Source: Leucoraja ocellata (taxonomy: Eukaryota). From it: 64,000 nucleotides of DNA. Where the stretch lies: positions 744,001 to 808,000 of the forward strand of contig JAWMAR010000079.1 of assembly GCA_036785375.1 (NCBI GenBank). Reading direction: 5' to 3'. This document shows positions 37,001 to 49,000 of this stretch, piece after piece (position 1 is the first letter of the stretch; every line of letters begins with the position of its first letter). The notes beneath the pieces are model-generated. The model was not told the origin of the DNA, ran no database searches, and was given only the letters and a program-made list of their open reading frames with translations. The position numbers and the translations under genes are program-made.

Positions 37001-40000
37001 GTCTGTGCAGCTACGGGACGTGGGCGCGCCCGGCGGCCGTGGACAGCACCGTGGTCGCCTTGTGCTTCAACAGCGACGCCCAGCAGTTCAACATCTGGGT
37101 GTGTCAGGATCCAGCTGTTCTCCAGCAGCTGCTGAACGACCCGTACAACCTCTGGCTCGTTGACATCTGCGGCACTCCTTCCTCTTGGGAGGTGAACGTG
37201 ACCGAGCCAGCGTCGGCCTGCCAGTACAGTCAGTGGGCTGAGGAACCGGTCGACCCTTACCTCGTGGACTTCTGCTGGTCGAACGACCAGGCGAATTTCT
37301 CTCGACTCGTCTGTCAAGACCAAGCGCTGATCACCAAGCTTCTGCTGTATCCCGAGAACGCGTGGTTGCAGTCTCCGTGTAACATCCAGGCAACGGGTAC
37401 TACCAGCTGCCGCTATGGGGAGTGGACGGGGCCCGCCTCCATTGACCCTGCCACCGTTGAGTATTGCAGTCAGTATGATATGGACAATTTTGTACAAGTT
37501 GCATGTGACAACTCTACCCGATTGTGGGAGCTCCTGAACAGTGGAGAGGGCACCTGGCTCGCTGACTACTGTGCCCACACCCAAGTAGATGGGATAGACA
37601 CAGACATCATGTGTAGATACAGCTCCTGGGCATTGCATCGAGTGGACCCAACAACCGTGGCCCTCTGCTTCGACCACGATCAGGACAATTTCAACACATT
37701 GGTCTGCCGGAACCCTGGAGTGCTTCACGCCCTGACCAGCGACCCTGACAACTCCTGGGTTGAACAAGACTGTTTCTCAATCAGCAACTCCACCACTCCT
37801 CAGGAGACCGAAGTCTGCCCCGTGCAGGATCTCATCTCAAGACTCGAGTGGACTTGCAGCCAGGGCACACCAGGGCCTTGCGCACACCAGCTGCTCCGGC
37901 TGGCAGATGTTCCTGCCTTGGTCCTCTGCGGTTTGGAACACATCGGCCTCACCTTAGGCAGCACAGCTGCTGAGGAGCTAACTACTGGGCTCACAGAGGC
38001 CATCAACAAGGTCGTTTTAGGGCTTGTGGCATTGGAGGATGATGTAATCTCATCCCTTCAGCTGCTTCAGAATGCAAGGAATCAAGTCCTCTACACTGTG
38101 ATAGACTATTTGGATCATCAAAAGAGCTACAGGATCAAAAGAGAGATGCTTCAGTGTTTTGGGGTAAGGGATACTGCCCTACTAATGACCAGGTTAACTC
38201 AGCATTGCTTTTACTGACTACTCACAGTCTTGCTCAATGCAATAACTTGAACTTCTCTAGTCTGAAGATGGCTTCTGACCCAAAACATCATATGTCCTGT
38301 CCATTCCATGGCCGGATGCTGTCTGACCCATTGAGCTCCTCTAGCATTTTGTGTTTTACTCAAGTACTTGAGTTCACCGACTCTGGATCTGGTTACATGC
38401 ATCATTAATGTAGGACCCTGTAACCAAGTTAAAGTAAAAATTGTTGATCCACTCCCGTGTAATTCCTTTGCTGGACTTTAGTCAGTTTTAAAACTCTAGT
38501 TTGAGGTAGTTGTGCTTTCTCAGTGGGTGGCTGGGTCAATAGCTGGAGGATCACAGGATATCCCTGGGATAGAGTTCAGTAAATGTGCACCAGATCATTT
38601 CCTGGGATGGTTAGTTTGTCCCATCAAGGGAGATTGTAGTCTGGGCCTGTACCCTGGACTGTAGAAGAATGAGAAATGAACTCACTGAAACAGTGTTCAT
38701 GCGAGTTGGTGTTTCCCCTAGCTCAGGAACCAGGTCACAGTCTTAAAATAAGGGGTCGGCCATTAGGAATGAATAAATCTTTGGAGTTATCTTCCGAAGG
38801 ATTCTGGAGATCTTATTGCTGAGTATTTAACTTAGGAGATCTTTATGGAGATAATGCGGGAAAGTGCCACTGAAATAAAAGTTCAGACGTGGTCTTACTG
38901 TGTATTAGAGCAGGTGATGGGCTGAATAGCTTGCTGCTGCTGCTTCCATTTCTCATGTGGTGCAGTTTCAAGGCTAACTCTACCTGCTCAATCTAAGGTA
39001 TTGCTACACTTTGGAGATGCTACCGTCTACATTAAAAGGTAAACCAAGGCACCACCTGAATGTGAATGCTCTTGTGGTATTATTCAAAGAAGAGCAGAGC
39101 AGTGCTCCTTAGTTCCTAACTGGTTGCATTTATTGGCCAGAGTGGAGGTAATTGGGTGAACTGGAGACCACACTATTGTAAGCGACAGGCATTAATTTTT
39201 TTGTGCAGCTGTTCTCACCATGTATTTTGATGAAAAAGTGAGTCTTCTTTAATTGGGAGGCATCACTATTGTTTCAGACATTGTCAACAGAAACATTTAT
39301 AAGTACACTCTGTAAACTCTTCTTTGTTTTATGAGTTCTTCCACAAGACTATATCCTTTACCCCCTAACTGGAGTTGCATGTATAGGCATTCTGATATTT
39401 ACACTCATGCCATTGGTTTAACTGGGTTATTTTTTGTTTATTTCCTCAGTCTGTGCTATTGGACTTGGTGCAGAAGGAAGGAGGATCTTCAGGTGTGGGT
39501 CTGGTAAAGGTATTGTATCATCGTTAAACCGATGTTTAACAACGTTAAATACATATATATGCACTAAAGAAGGAGCCCTCCATTTAGAGGCATAAATAAA
39601 ATGTAAGAGGGAAAGATAAACATGAAAGAGAGAAAAGAATGGGATAATATGTTGATGGCGTGAGATATGGTTAGGGTTGGACAAGGCTCTTTTGGACCAT
39701 AAATACTAGCATGCACAATGTTGAAGTGATTTTCATGACCACCACTACTGATTTAATTCCAGATTATTTAATTTACTAAATTTAGACTCCCAGCTGCCAT
39801 GGTGGGAAATGGACATTTACCTGGATTTTCTATCCAGATTCATGATATTGTAATTTGATTCTATCAAACCCCCTTAACCATCTAAAGCATGGCTTTTGAG
39901 CTTTTCCAATCCAGCAAAGTTCCTTGTCTCTATTTGCATCTACTGGAATGTACTGCAGATTTGGAAAGGATCAGCTCATCAATAGATAAATTCTAAGAAC

Positions 40001-43000
40001 AAGATCTGTTGTTAACGGTGTAAGTGGGCATATAGAGGTGCTTATCAGCCCAGATATCTGTTTTCACTTCCAGTTTGGTCATGTTCTTGTGCAAAACCTT
40101 GAGATTTTTCCTATATTAAAGGTGCCACATGATGTAAACTGGCTCATATTCTTACAGCTCTGGGGACTATGTGGTTCATGCCCATAGAACTCACCTAAAA
40201 ACAGAAATATTAGATTCCACTCTAATGATTATCACAATGGTTAGTGCACAGTGTATCACCTGGACTCATTGATCCTTAGAAGTGAGTTCACATTCTATTG
40301 AGTAAGTAAATAACTAAGTGAGGAATTAAACTCACTGTCTAAGTAATGGTAAAATAAATCTATTGGATTGTCACAATAAAACTATCGGTTTCACGAACAT
40401 ACTTCACTTTAGGGTATCAGCCATCTTTCCCGTCTGTCATAAGCGTGACTCCAGAGCTAACAATGTGCTTGCCTCTTAATTGCATCCACTGTTAAAGAAC
40501 ATTGGAGGAATATGGACCAAGCGCGGGCAGGTGGGACTAAGGTAGATGGGGAATCTTGGTCGGCATGGGCAAGTTGGGCGAAGGAGCTGTTTCCGTGCTC
40601 TATGACTATATGATTCTTAAGTTCATGGTGGATGGTAAATAATGGCATTGCCAACATCGATCATATTGCAAAAGACAACTGATAGAAAGCTGCCATCTTT
40701 TTCATTCACCAGTAACCGGCTGTTGAAATCTGCTCCAGTGCTTTTTCAGAGATCGTTCTTTACCTTTTTCCAAACAGGAATACATGAAGCTTTCTGCAAG
40801 CGATCTTCAAGTGGCACTGTTTGCAATTGACATTCAAAATCTGAAACACCTGCTGTACCTCCTAAACACAAGATGGAAGAGTTTGCAGGTAAACACTTTA
40901 ATACCTGAAACCTTTTGAATCCTTTGAAGATAGGTTGGCAGTCCATTAATGGAAACATAACTTCTGCACTAAACACAGAATGCTGGAAATTTTCAGCAGC
41001 CCAGACACCATCAGTATATAAATAAATAAAGTTGCTTCAGATGAATGATTTTACATTAAAATTAGGAAAAGTTAAAGTGTGCTGAAGTAAAGCACTGCTG
41101 AAAGGGCAAGCTCTAATTTTTAGATGAACCTTCCTGGTGAAATTAAAATTGGACATCTTAGAGACTCTCACTTCCCTTCTTTGAAATAGTGGCACTGGGT
41201 CTTTGATAATCACCCAAGATGGAATCTCAGTTTAATGTGTTATCTTAAAGAAAGTTTCTCCAGCTGTGTGACATTCCAAGGACCCTCACTGGATTGTCAG
41301 ACTCTATTTTTGTGATCATGTTTCTAGGGTGGGACTTGACCTACAACCCTCTGCTGTGAGTCACAGATAACGCACATTCAGATGGCTCACCTTCTGCATG
41401 TGATCTTGGTCACCCTCATCGCCTATGAGATTTCATTCTTCAACAAAACACTCATAGGCGTTTGGGATTGTAAGGTACTGTTTCTCTTACTTGGAGAACA
41501 TCAGTGACTTGGCAGTTTACTGATCATGAACATCTTTACTCTGTCATGAACTAGCTACATCTGGCATGCAGAATAAGCTGGGAATTGACATTATTCAACA
41601 AAGAAAAATTAGAACATTTTATTTGTAAGGAGAGTTAGTTTCAGTCAGTGAAAGAGGCCTATCAAAATGATAAGAATAATTAAACTATTAAATACTACAT
41701 GTAAACCAAAAACAGACATTAGTTTTGGAGTAAATACGATTTTTTAATGATTTCTAGTTTTACAATATTTCTTCCAATTTCAGATTCCGGAAGATTTTAA
41801 GAGGATTCTGGCATTGGTCTTCTTCAACAGAATACTGCTCGTTGAACCAAATATGTTCCAAGAATTTGTTCACTTTCTACCTCACTTGTCAACGTCTGAA
41901 ATCAAAGCACTACCACTGACCCTGGACAAGGAGGAAGTGTGCGTCACACATATCTTCAACAGCTAAACAGCTTTAGTTAATGCCTTTGTTTGTTTATTTC
42001 CCTCCTTTTCACACAACAGTTGTTTGTAGGAACTATTACATACAGAGTGCTTTAATGCTTTATAACTAAATTCTAACTTTTCCAAATTAAAATGACCTGA
42101 TGCATTTAATTTTTTAGCCATTGAGTTCCCATTTGACTCGGTTATTTCATTCAAATCATAAGATAATTTGGGTCTAATTCAAGTGCAACAGTGTCAATGG
42201 GCAATTGAATTTAAGATTAATTATGAACTGCTTTTCTGGATCACTTTTTTTACATTGATATTGAAGAATTTTATATTCTTACCAATTTAATTCTGGTTGT
42301 CACTGTCGTACAACTTTGAATTGACTGTGGACATGTAAAGCAGGGACAAAGTAAATTTCCCTCAGCAGATAGGCTAAAACACAGGAGCACAGAGAGAAGT
42401 AATTGGTGAAAGGATTAGAGAAAGATAAGGAAAAATATTTTCACACCCAGCCTTGTAGCGCTTGAGAACTTGTGACAGGAAAGAGTGGGAGAGGCAGAAA
42501 TGTTCATTTAAATGGTTCTTCGATATATTACTTGAAGTCGTGACCTGCAGGATTACGGATATAATACTGGAAGGCTGGATTAGAATGACACAAATCAGCA
42601 GGTTTCCTTCTGAATCATAATTTTTCCTTAGTCTGTGGTGATCCACTTCGTGTTTTTTTTACGTGATAAGGTGTAAATATTTTAAAATATATATTATAGC
42701 AGCACTTGGGGTGAAGATGCTTCATATTCCATGAACATGTTGCAACTCAAAACCGGTTTCATCCAATACCAAAGCATTATTGTGATTTTTATATATAAAG
42801 AGAAGAAATTCCTGGCAATTCTCAGTCAGAAGGCATCTGAGGAGATAAAAATAAATAATGCTTCAGGTCTGTTCTGATGAAAGGTCTTCAACCTGAAAGG
42901 TTCACTTTTTCTCCCTCCACAGATGCTGCCTGGACTGCTGAGTATCTCCAGGTTTTTTCCGTTTTTATTTCAAATTCTTGGATTCTTTGCTTCTTAATTG

Positions 43001-46000
43001 TGATCTCTTATTATTGGGAGCTGGTTCAGGGCCAGTTGTACAAGAAACTGAGGCATAGATTAACCTAATTGGTAGAGATGTAGAAGGGAGCTAAGGTTTG
43101 CATGTTTTCACTCAGTGATGGAGGGATATGGAACCTTACCCGAACAATGATGGAGATAAAGACCCTGATCATATTTTGTTTAATCTTGATATGTTGTAGG
43201 GAGTTTGGAATTAGATTAGTTTATATATTCCTTAGCAACTAATAGCTGATTTGATGGGTTTACATGGCATCCTTCAGTTATATAAATCTATAGATGCTAT
43301 GGCTTTAAGGCAGATGCATTTACTTTGGTCACTCGAATGCTTTGCAATGATGCTGAGCTATTGACTGGTATCCAGGGCACAACAGCCTTCTCATTCACTG
43401 TTATGTTTTTTAATTCCAGGATGGCTGTGGTCAACCAGATTTCTGGGAAACTGTCTGATGACCAGAAGGCAGCCTTCGTCCAGTGGATCCTGGCATCTGG
43501 GAGTTATAGCAGTGTGTCGGCCTGGCCCCTGATGTTCCTGACCCATGTCAGTAACCTGCTAGCATACCTGCCGTTTGAGAGCTTTCAGCTTCTGTCCCGT
43601 ACACAGGTACTGTAAGAGAAGGAACATGCATTACTCGGGATGACTCAAAGCATGTTGCAGTTCATGAAGTATCTCAGATGCATGTGACGTGGGAGCAATC
43701 TAGGAAGGAAGATTCCACAAACCTAACGGTGATAACCACGCTTCACTGGTGGTTTGGCCCGAACACCCAGGTTATATCGCCCTGCTTTTTGAAATGGTGG
43801 GATGAGGTCTTTTAACAACAGCAAGCTGGATGTCTCATCTAAAAGAAAGCACTGGGCCATTGTAGCTCATCGTCTGAACGGTGCTGAGGAAATATTCCAT
43901 GTGGTCTGCAGCATTGTCTGCCCAGAGATGAGAATGTAAATCGCTCAGCCAGGCCTGACACAGAAATCTGAACAGGGAATGAATGGCCACCTGTAGGAAG
44001 AAGCATGAAGTCAGTCATTCAGACAGCCGCCTGAATTGATTCAGTTCATTAACTGGGTTTATTTTAGAAACTAACATCTGAACAGGGATGGGAGAAAACA
44101 GAGACATGGTGGGAGAGTATGATGTATGATATATGAGGCATGATGGTCAGACAGAACATGGGAGAGTAGACCTCGGGTTCCATGGACAGGCAACTTTCCA
44201 GTTTGCTCACCCTCTTAGCTGGCTCTGTTGTAGGCTTTATGATATAAGTTGATCACATATCTACGATCAATGAAATTAACCAGTATGGTCGAGAATGAAC
44301 TATTATCAGGGTACTGCAATGGACCCAGGATATACATGCTCTAATGTCACTAATTAAGTAGTTGAGAATTGGGGTCATTTTGTTTGATTCTTTCCACTCT
44401 TAACACTGTATTAAGAGAAAAAAGATAACAGTAAAAATGAATATCGGGAGAAAGATTAAGATACAGATCTTATACAAATTCTCTCCAATGCAAATCCTCC
44501 TCCATGAACGACCCTTGTGTAAATGTTCCCCCACACCGTACCTTGCAAATGCTGCCATCCTCAGAACCCTCACCTTTTCTTCATACACAAAAAAAATATC
44601 TATTGTGCTGTTTTTGTCAGTCACTTACTATTGCATTTCCAGTGTCTATAATCAACTAACTTTTGAATTTAATTTGTAATGGATGGAAATCTCTGAAATA
44701 CATTTGCACAATGAGGCACAAACTTTTCTGTCATTTACCAGATTCTCACTGCATTGGATATGCTGTTGGCCAATAAATTGACAACAGTCCAGGAAAGGTT
44801 TCTCAGCCACACCATCCTAAAAGGGGATAAAACAATTGGAACTTCTGACTTTGAGAGGTGAGTATTGCAACTTTTCATAGTCTTTAAGAGTCACAGCACA
44901 GAAATAAGCACTTTGGACCATCATATCCACGCTGACCATCAAGTACCCATCTACTCTAATTCCATTCTCTAGCACTTGGTCTGTAGCCCCATATGCCATG
45001 GCAATTCCAGTGCTTGTCCAGATGCTTCTTAAATGTTGTGAGAGTCTCTGCCTTCACCACCACAGTTCACGTGGGAGACTGGTGGAAAACGTGCAAGTCA
45101 ACAAACTGTATCCAAAACCGATCTGGTATCAGATTATCTGCAAGAGGACTGCGGGAGATTGGGTGAAGGCCTGGAATCCACATCCAGGGAAAGTGATGGA
45201 AGCACATTCACTGTTTTATATTCTACGTTGGGGAACAGGGAGAACAAGCTGTGAGAAACCTCAGATAGCCCAGGCAACGGAGGACAGTTAAAGCAAGCTA
45301 GTTTAGTTATATAAAATGCTTAAAGATAAGATCATTCTGAGTTGCATTAAAATAAAGTCAGATATTAGAGCAAGGATAGTGAAAAATAATTCGTATGCAA
45401 GGAAGAATTATCAAGGAGGGAAGTTCCCATGGAGAAACTTGACAAAAATAGGTTTTAGGGAAAAAAAGTAGGGAAAAGGAATTGCTATGAGAGTCACCAT
45501 TGACTTGAAGGTCTAAATGGCCTCTTACACTATAAGGAAGTACAAGAATGTAAAAATGGTTACAATATTTACAGGGCTGTGAGGTAAGGGTAGGGAGGTG
45601 AGACCAACTGTAATGCTGTTTCAGAGAGTTCCCATTGACTCAGTGCGGTGAATGGCTTTCTTCTGAGCTGAAGGTGTCAGTGGATTGCTGGGTTGGGAGA
45701 ATTATGGATCAGACAAATTACTTTCATCACTGTGATCTTTTAATGCTTGTCATTTTCCTGCCAATCAGTTATTCTCTCTCTTTTTGAGAGGACAAGGATT
45801 GAGTGTTGCTTGTGATTGGAATGTAGATGCCTTTCCCCTTTATTGGTTGAACGGACTGTGTGTGATCCACTCTTAATGCGTTTCTCTTATTCCCAGGCTG
45901 GGCAGATTGATTTGTTCTGCATCCTCCCAGGATCTGAAACCCTACAAACAGAATCTTCAAATGTTTGTTATTATCAAGGAACAGCTGCTGAACTGCATTG

Positions 46001-49000
46001 GCGATGATATCTTTGTTCCAAATGAACTGGTGAGTCTTCAGCAGTGGCAACTAAGTTGCTGGGCTAGTATCCAGAGGCTTAATTTAAACATCTGTCGCCT
46101 TGCATTGAGCTTCTGAAGTGTATGTTAATTATTTTAATCTGGAATGAAAAAGAAGTATCAGTATGGATGATCTTGAAATTACTGGATGATGTTATTACTA
46201 ATGTCATTATTGCCCCTTTCTCTTCGTGTGTACAGCTTAGAGATTTTTTGGTCAGAACAAACGGTATAACGGACGAAGGACTCTTGGTAACGAATGAGTT
46301 GTCGAGTATGATTAGTCTTCTGCCAATCCTCGGATTGTCCTTTATAAAACAGCTTCACCCTGTGCAGATCCAATCCATACTCCCGGAGCTCAGAACAGTA
46401 AACCTCTCTTCTGCCCAGGTATAATTCCTATGGTTAATTCAGCACTGTTACGTGATTGCAGTTTTATCTTTATAATATTCTGTTTATAGCCGATTCTTTT
46501 GAAATTGTAATTGGGAGGAGGGAAGAAAAAAAGGAGATTCGGAAGATTTCCTCAATTAAGAGCCTGTCCCACTTACGCGATTTTCTTCGGCGACTATCAC
46601 AGCAGGTCACCGAAAATTTTCCATACAGACGTCACGTGTCGACATGTCACGGGGTGACGCCTGTTTGGTTGTGAGTAGTCGCCCAAAGAGTCGTACCTTT
46701 TTCTGGACACCGCTGGATTTTCAACATTTTTAATATTTTCGGCGACCTGCTGCAACTGTGGCGGGTGCCGGCAAGTCGCCGAAAAAATAGCGTTAAGTGG
46801 GACAGGCCCTTTAGTGAAACAGAGTTTGGGAGATTATGAATGAGGGGAATGATCGATAGGCGATAAAATATTGCAATAACAGTGAGAGTGGGCTGCACCT
46901 CAACTTCACAGTCTACCATCTGCCAGCCATTCTGACTGTGATAGCTGGAACAATTCAGGCTTCAGCCTGCAGAGGAGACTTTTGATTCATTGGATTTGTT
47001 AATGGTAGCAGTAGGTTACTTTAGTTAAACACCATGTTGTGGTTCTAGAATCATGAACCAGTTACAATTAAATTTCTGTTCCTATGAAGCACCCTCTTCC
47101 CCGTCCTCCTTGTCCATGGTGGGTACGTCTGCCACAAGCTGGTCTAAGGAAAGGGACACAAGTCGGTGGGGGTACAAGCATGGAGATCCAGTAAAGTAGA
47201 TTCCCGGGAATGGAACATGTATCCTTGGTTGCCCTTAAATAACTAAAAGGGAGCAGATGGGTGCATGAGAGAGAATGTGGCTCGGCCACAGGGAAATAAG
47301 AAGAGGGCAAAATAGATTGATGAGATTGTTCAGCTAGGAACAGCATGGAGTTGATGGGCCTAACAGCCTCTATTGGTGCCATAGTCAGCAAGTATAAGTA
47401 AAATTACTGTGTTCCTCCTGCATCCATTTCTTACATGGTGCAGTTTCTAGACTAACTCTCTCTGCCCAGTCTAAATAAAATGATCTCAAATTTAATTTCA
47501 CTATATTTACTGAAGCGATTTTAGTGTTGCAAATCTCTCTCTTAATTGGTGTAAGATCCAATTAAACATAACTCCAGTCAAACACATCTTCAGTTTGTGT
47601 ATCTGTCTGTATAAACTATCTGTTGTGTCTATTTCAGGCAAGGGCAATAATTGACAAGATTCTACAGAATACATCTGTGAGTATTGCACCAGTTACAATG
47701 GGTTCCAGACCTATTGCCCCCAGCAGTGGAGGGACAGGATATGAAGCATTGCTCACTCTTCCTTTCTCTCTGTCATTCTGCAGATTACAGAGGAGTTGCT
47801 GGACAGTCTGGGCTCCACTGTGGTTGGCCTCAGGCCGAACACACTGCGAGTCATTCCACCTGCTCTACTCATGCACATCTTGCCCAGCATGGCAGCGAAC
47901 GAGGGAAAACTGAGTCCTGTTCAGAAACTGGTGGCTGTAAACAAGCTCTGGGTTGGTAGTGGAAACCTTCACTCACTCGTCTAACTCTGTGTCACATCGC
48001 TCAGGCAATGGGGCTTTCAATTTTGCTTCCGAGGGCTTCCAAGTCCCCCTGCAGTGGGTGGAGTGACAAATAGCTGGAGAAGGACTACAGTTCAGTCCTT
48101 TAACTCATTGAAGGAACAGTCTGTAAGTCAAAGGTCCCATCTTTCAGATGAGACCTTGAGAGAAGCCCTCTCTATATAACCTGTGCCAAGCCAATTAGTC
48201 AAATCACTAAAACGGCCGATCTGATCATTATCTTTTTACTGCTTGTAGGAGTTTATTGCAGGAAAATTGGCTGCAGAGTATACTGCATTGCAGCAGTGAC
48301 TACTCTTCAATTTGTTGTGAGGTTTTGGGATGTTCTGAGTCCATGAAAGATGCAATGGAATTGCAACTGCATTTCTTTTCACTGCACAGTCCATCAAATT
48401 GAGTTGCTTGGATCCAAACCATAAAATGTTGATAGCTATTGAACTACAATCAATGCCAGAAGAGATTTTGGCCTCATCCCAAGCAAATTCCAGCAGCATT
48501 TGAGGAGTTGGTCGTGTACAACAGAAGTAGGAATTGTTGGTCAGGAAAACAAAACCAACAACTGCTTTTCCATTCACTTGAACAGATTGATGAAGGCTTG
48601 GTTCAATGTCTTAAAATGTGGTACTCCCTCAACATTATGTAGCAAGGTCAAAACTAGATTATATCCTCAAATCAGCAAAGTGTAGTCTGAAATGATGATC
48701 TTCTAGCTTCAAGCACAGAGTACCAGACCTGAATCTTCTGCAGAAGCTAGGAAAGGGGAACAATCGGAGAGAATTCCTTTGAGGATGGTAATCTACTCCC
48801 TTGGACCTTGATTGAATCAGTGCACCAAGATGAGATGTAGAGTCCCAGCCAAATATGTGTCCTCTTCCAGATCACAATCTACTGAGAAATGTAATCGTGT
48901 TCTCTTGCCACTCGCCTTCAATCTCCGACTACCAATCCTTCTGCCACCAGATTTTCTCTCTTAATTTACTCCAGCAGAACTATTTATGTCTGCACCTCCC

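Noticed and set aside
35725-37767. 680-aa antisense ORF (and the many short overlapping ORFs) opposite the STRC giant exon
   Set aside because: Expected shadow of a GC3-rich sense frame, which lacks TTA/CTA/TCA codons. The peptide is low-information and ends where GC declines.
40158-40239. Possible extra STRC exon (cttacag| ... atg|gttagt)
   Set aside because: Stop codon in the required phase-0 frame; 39509 joins 40778 cleanly.
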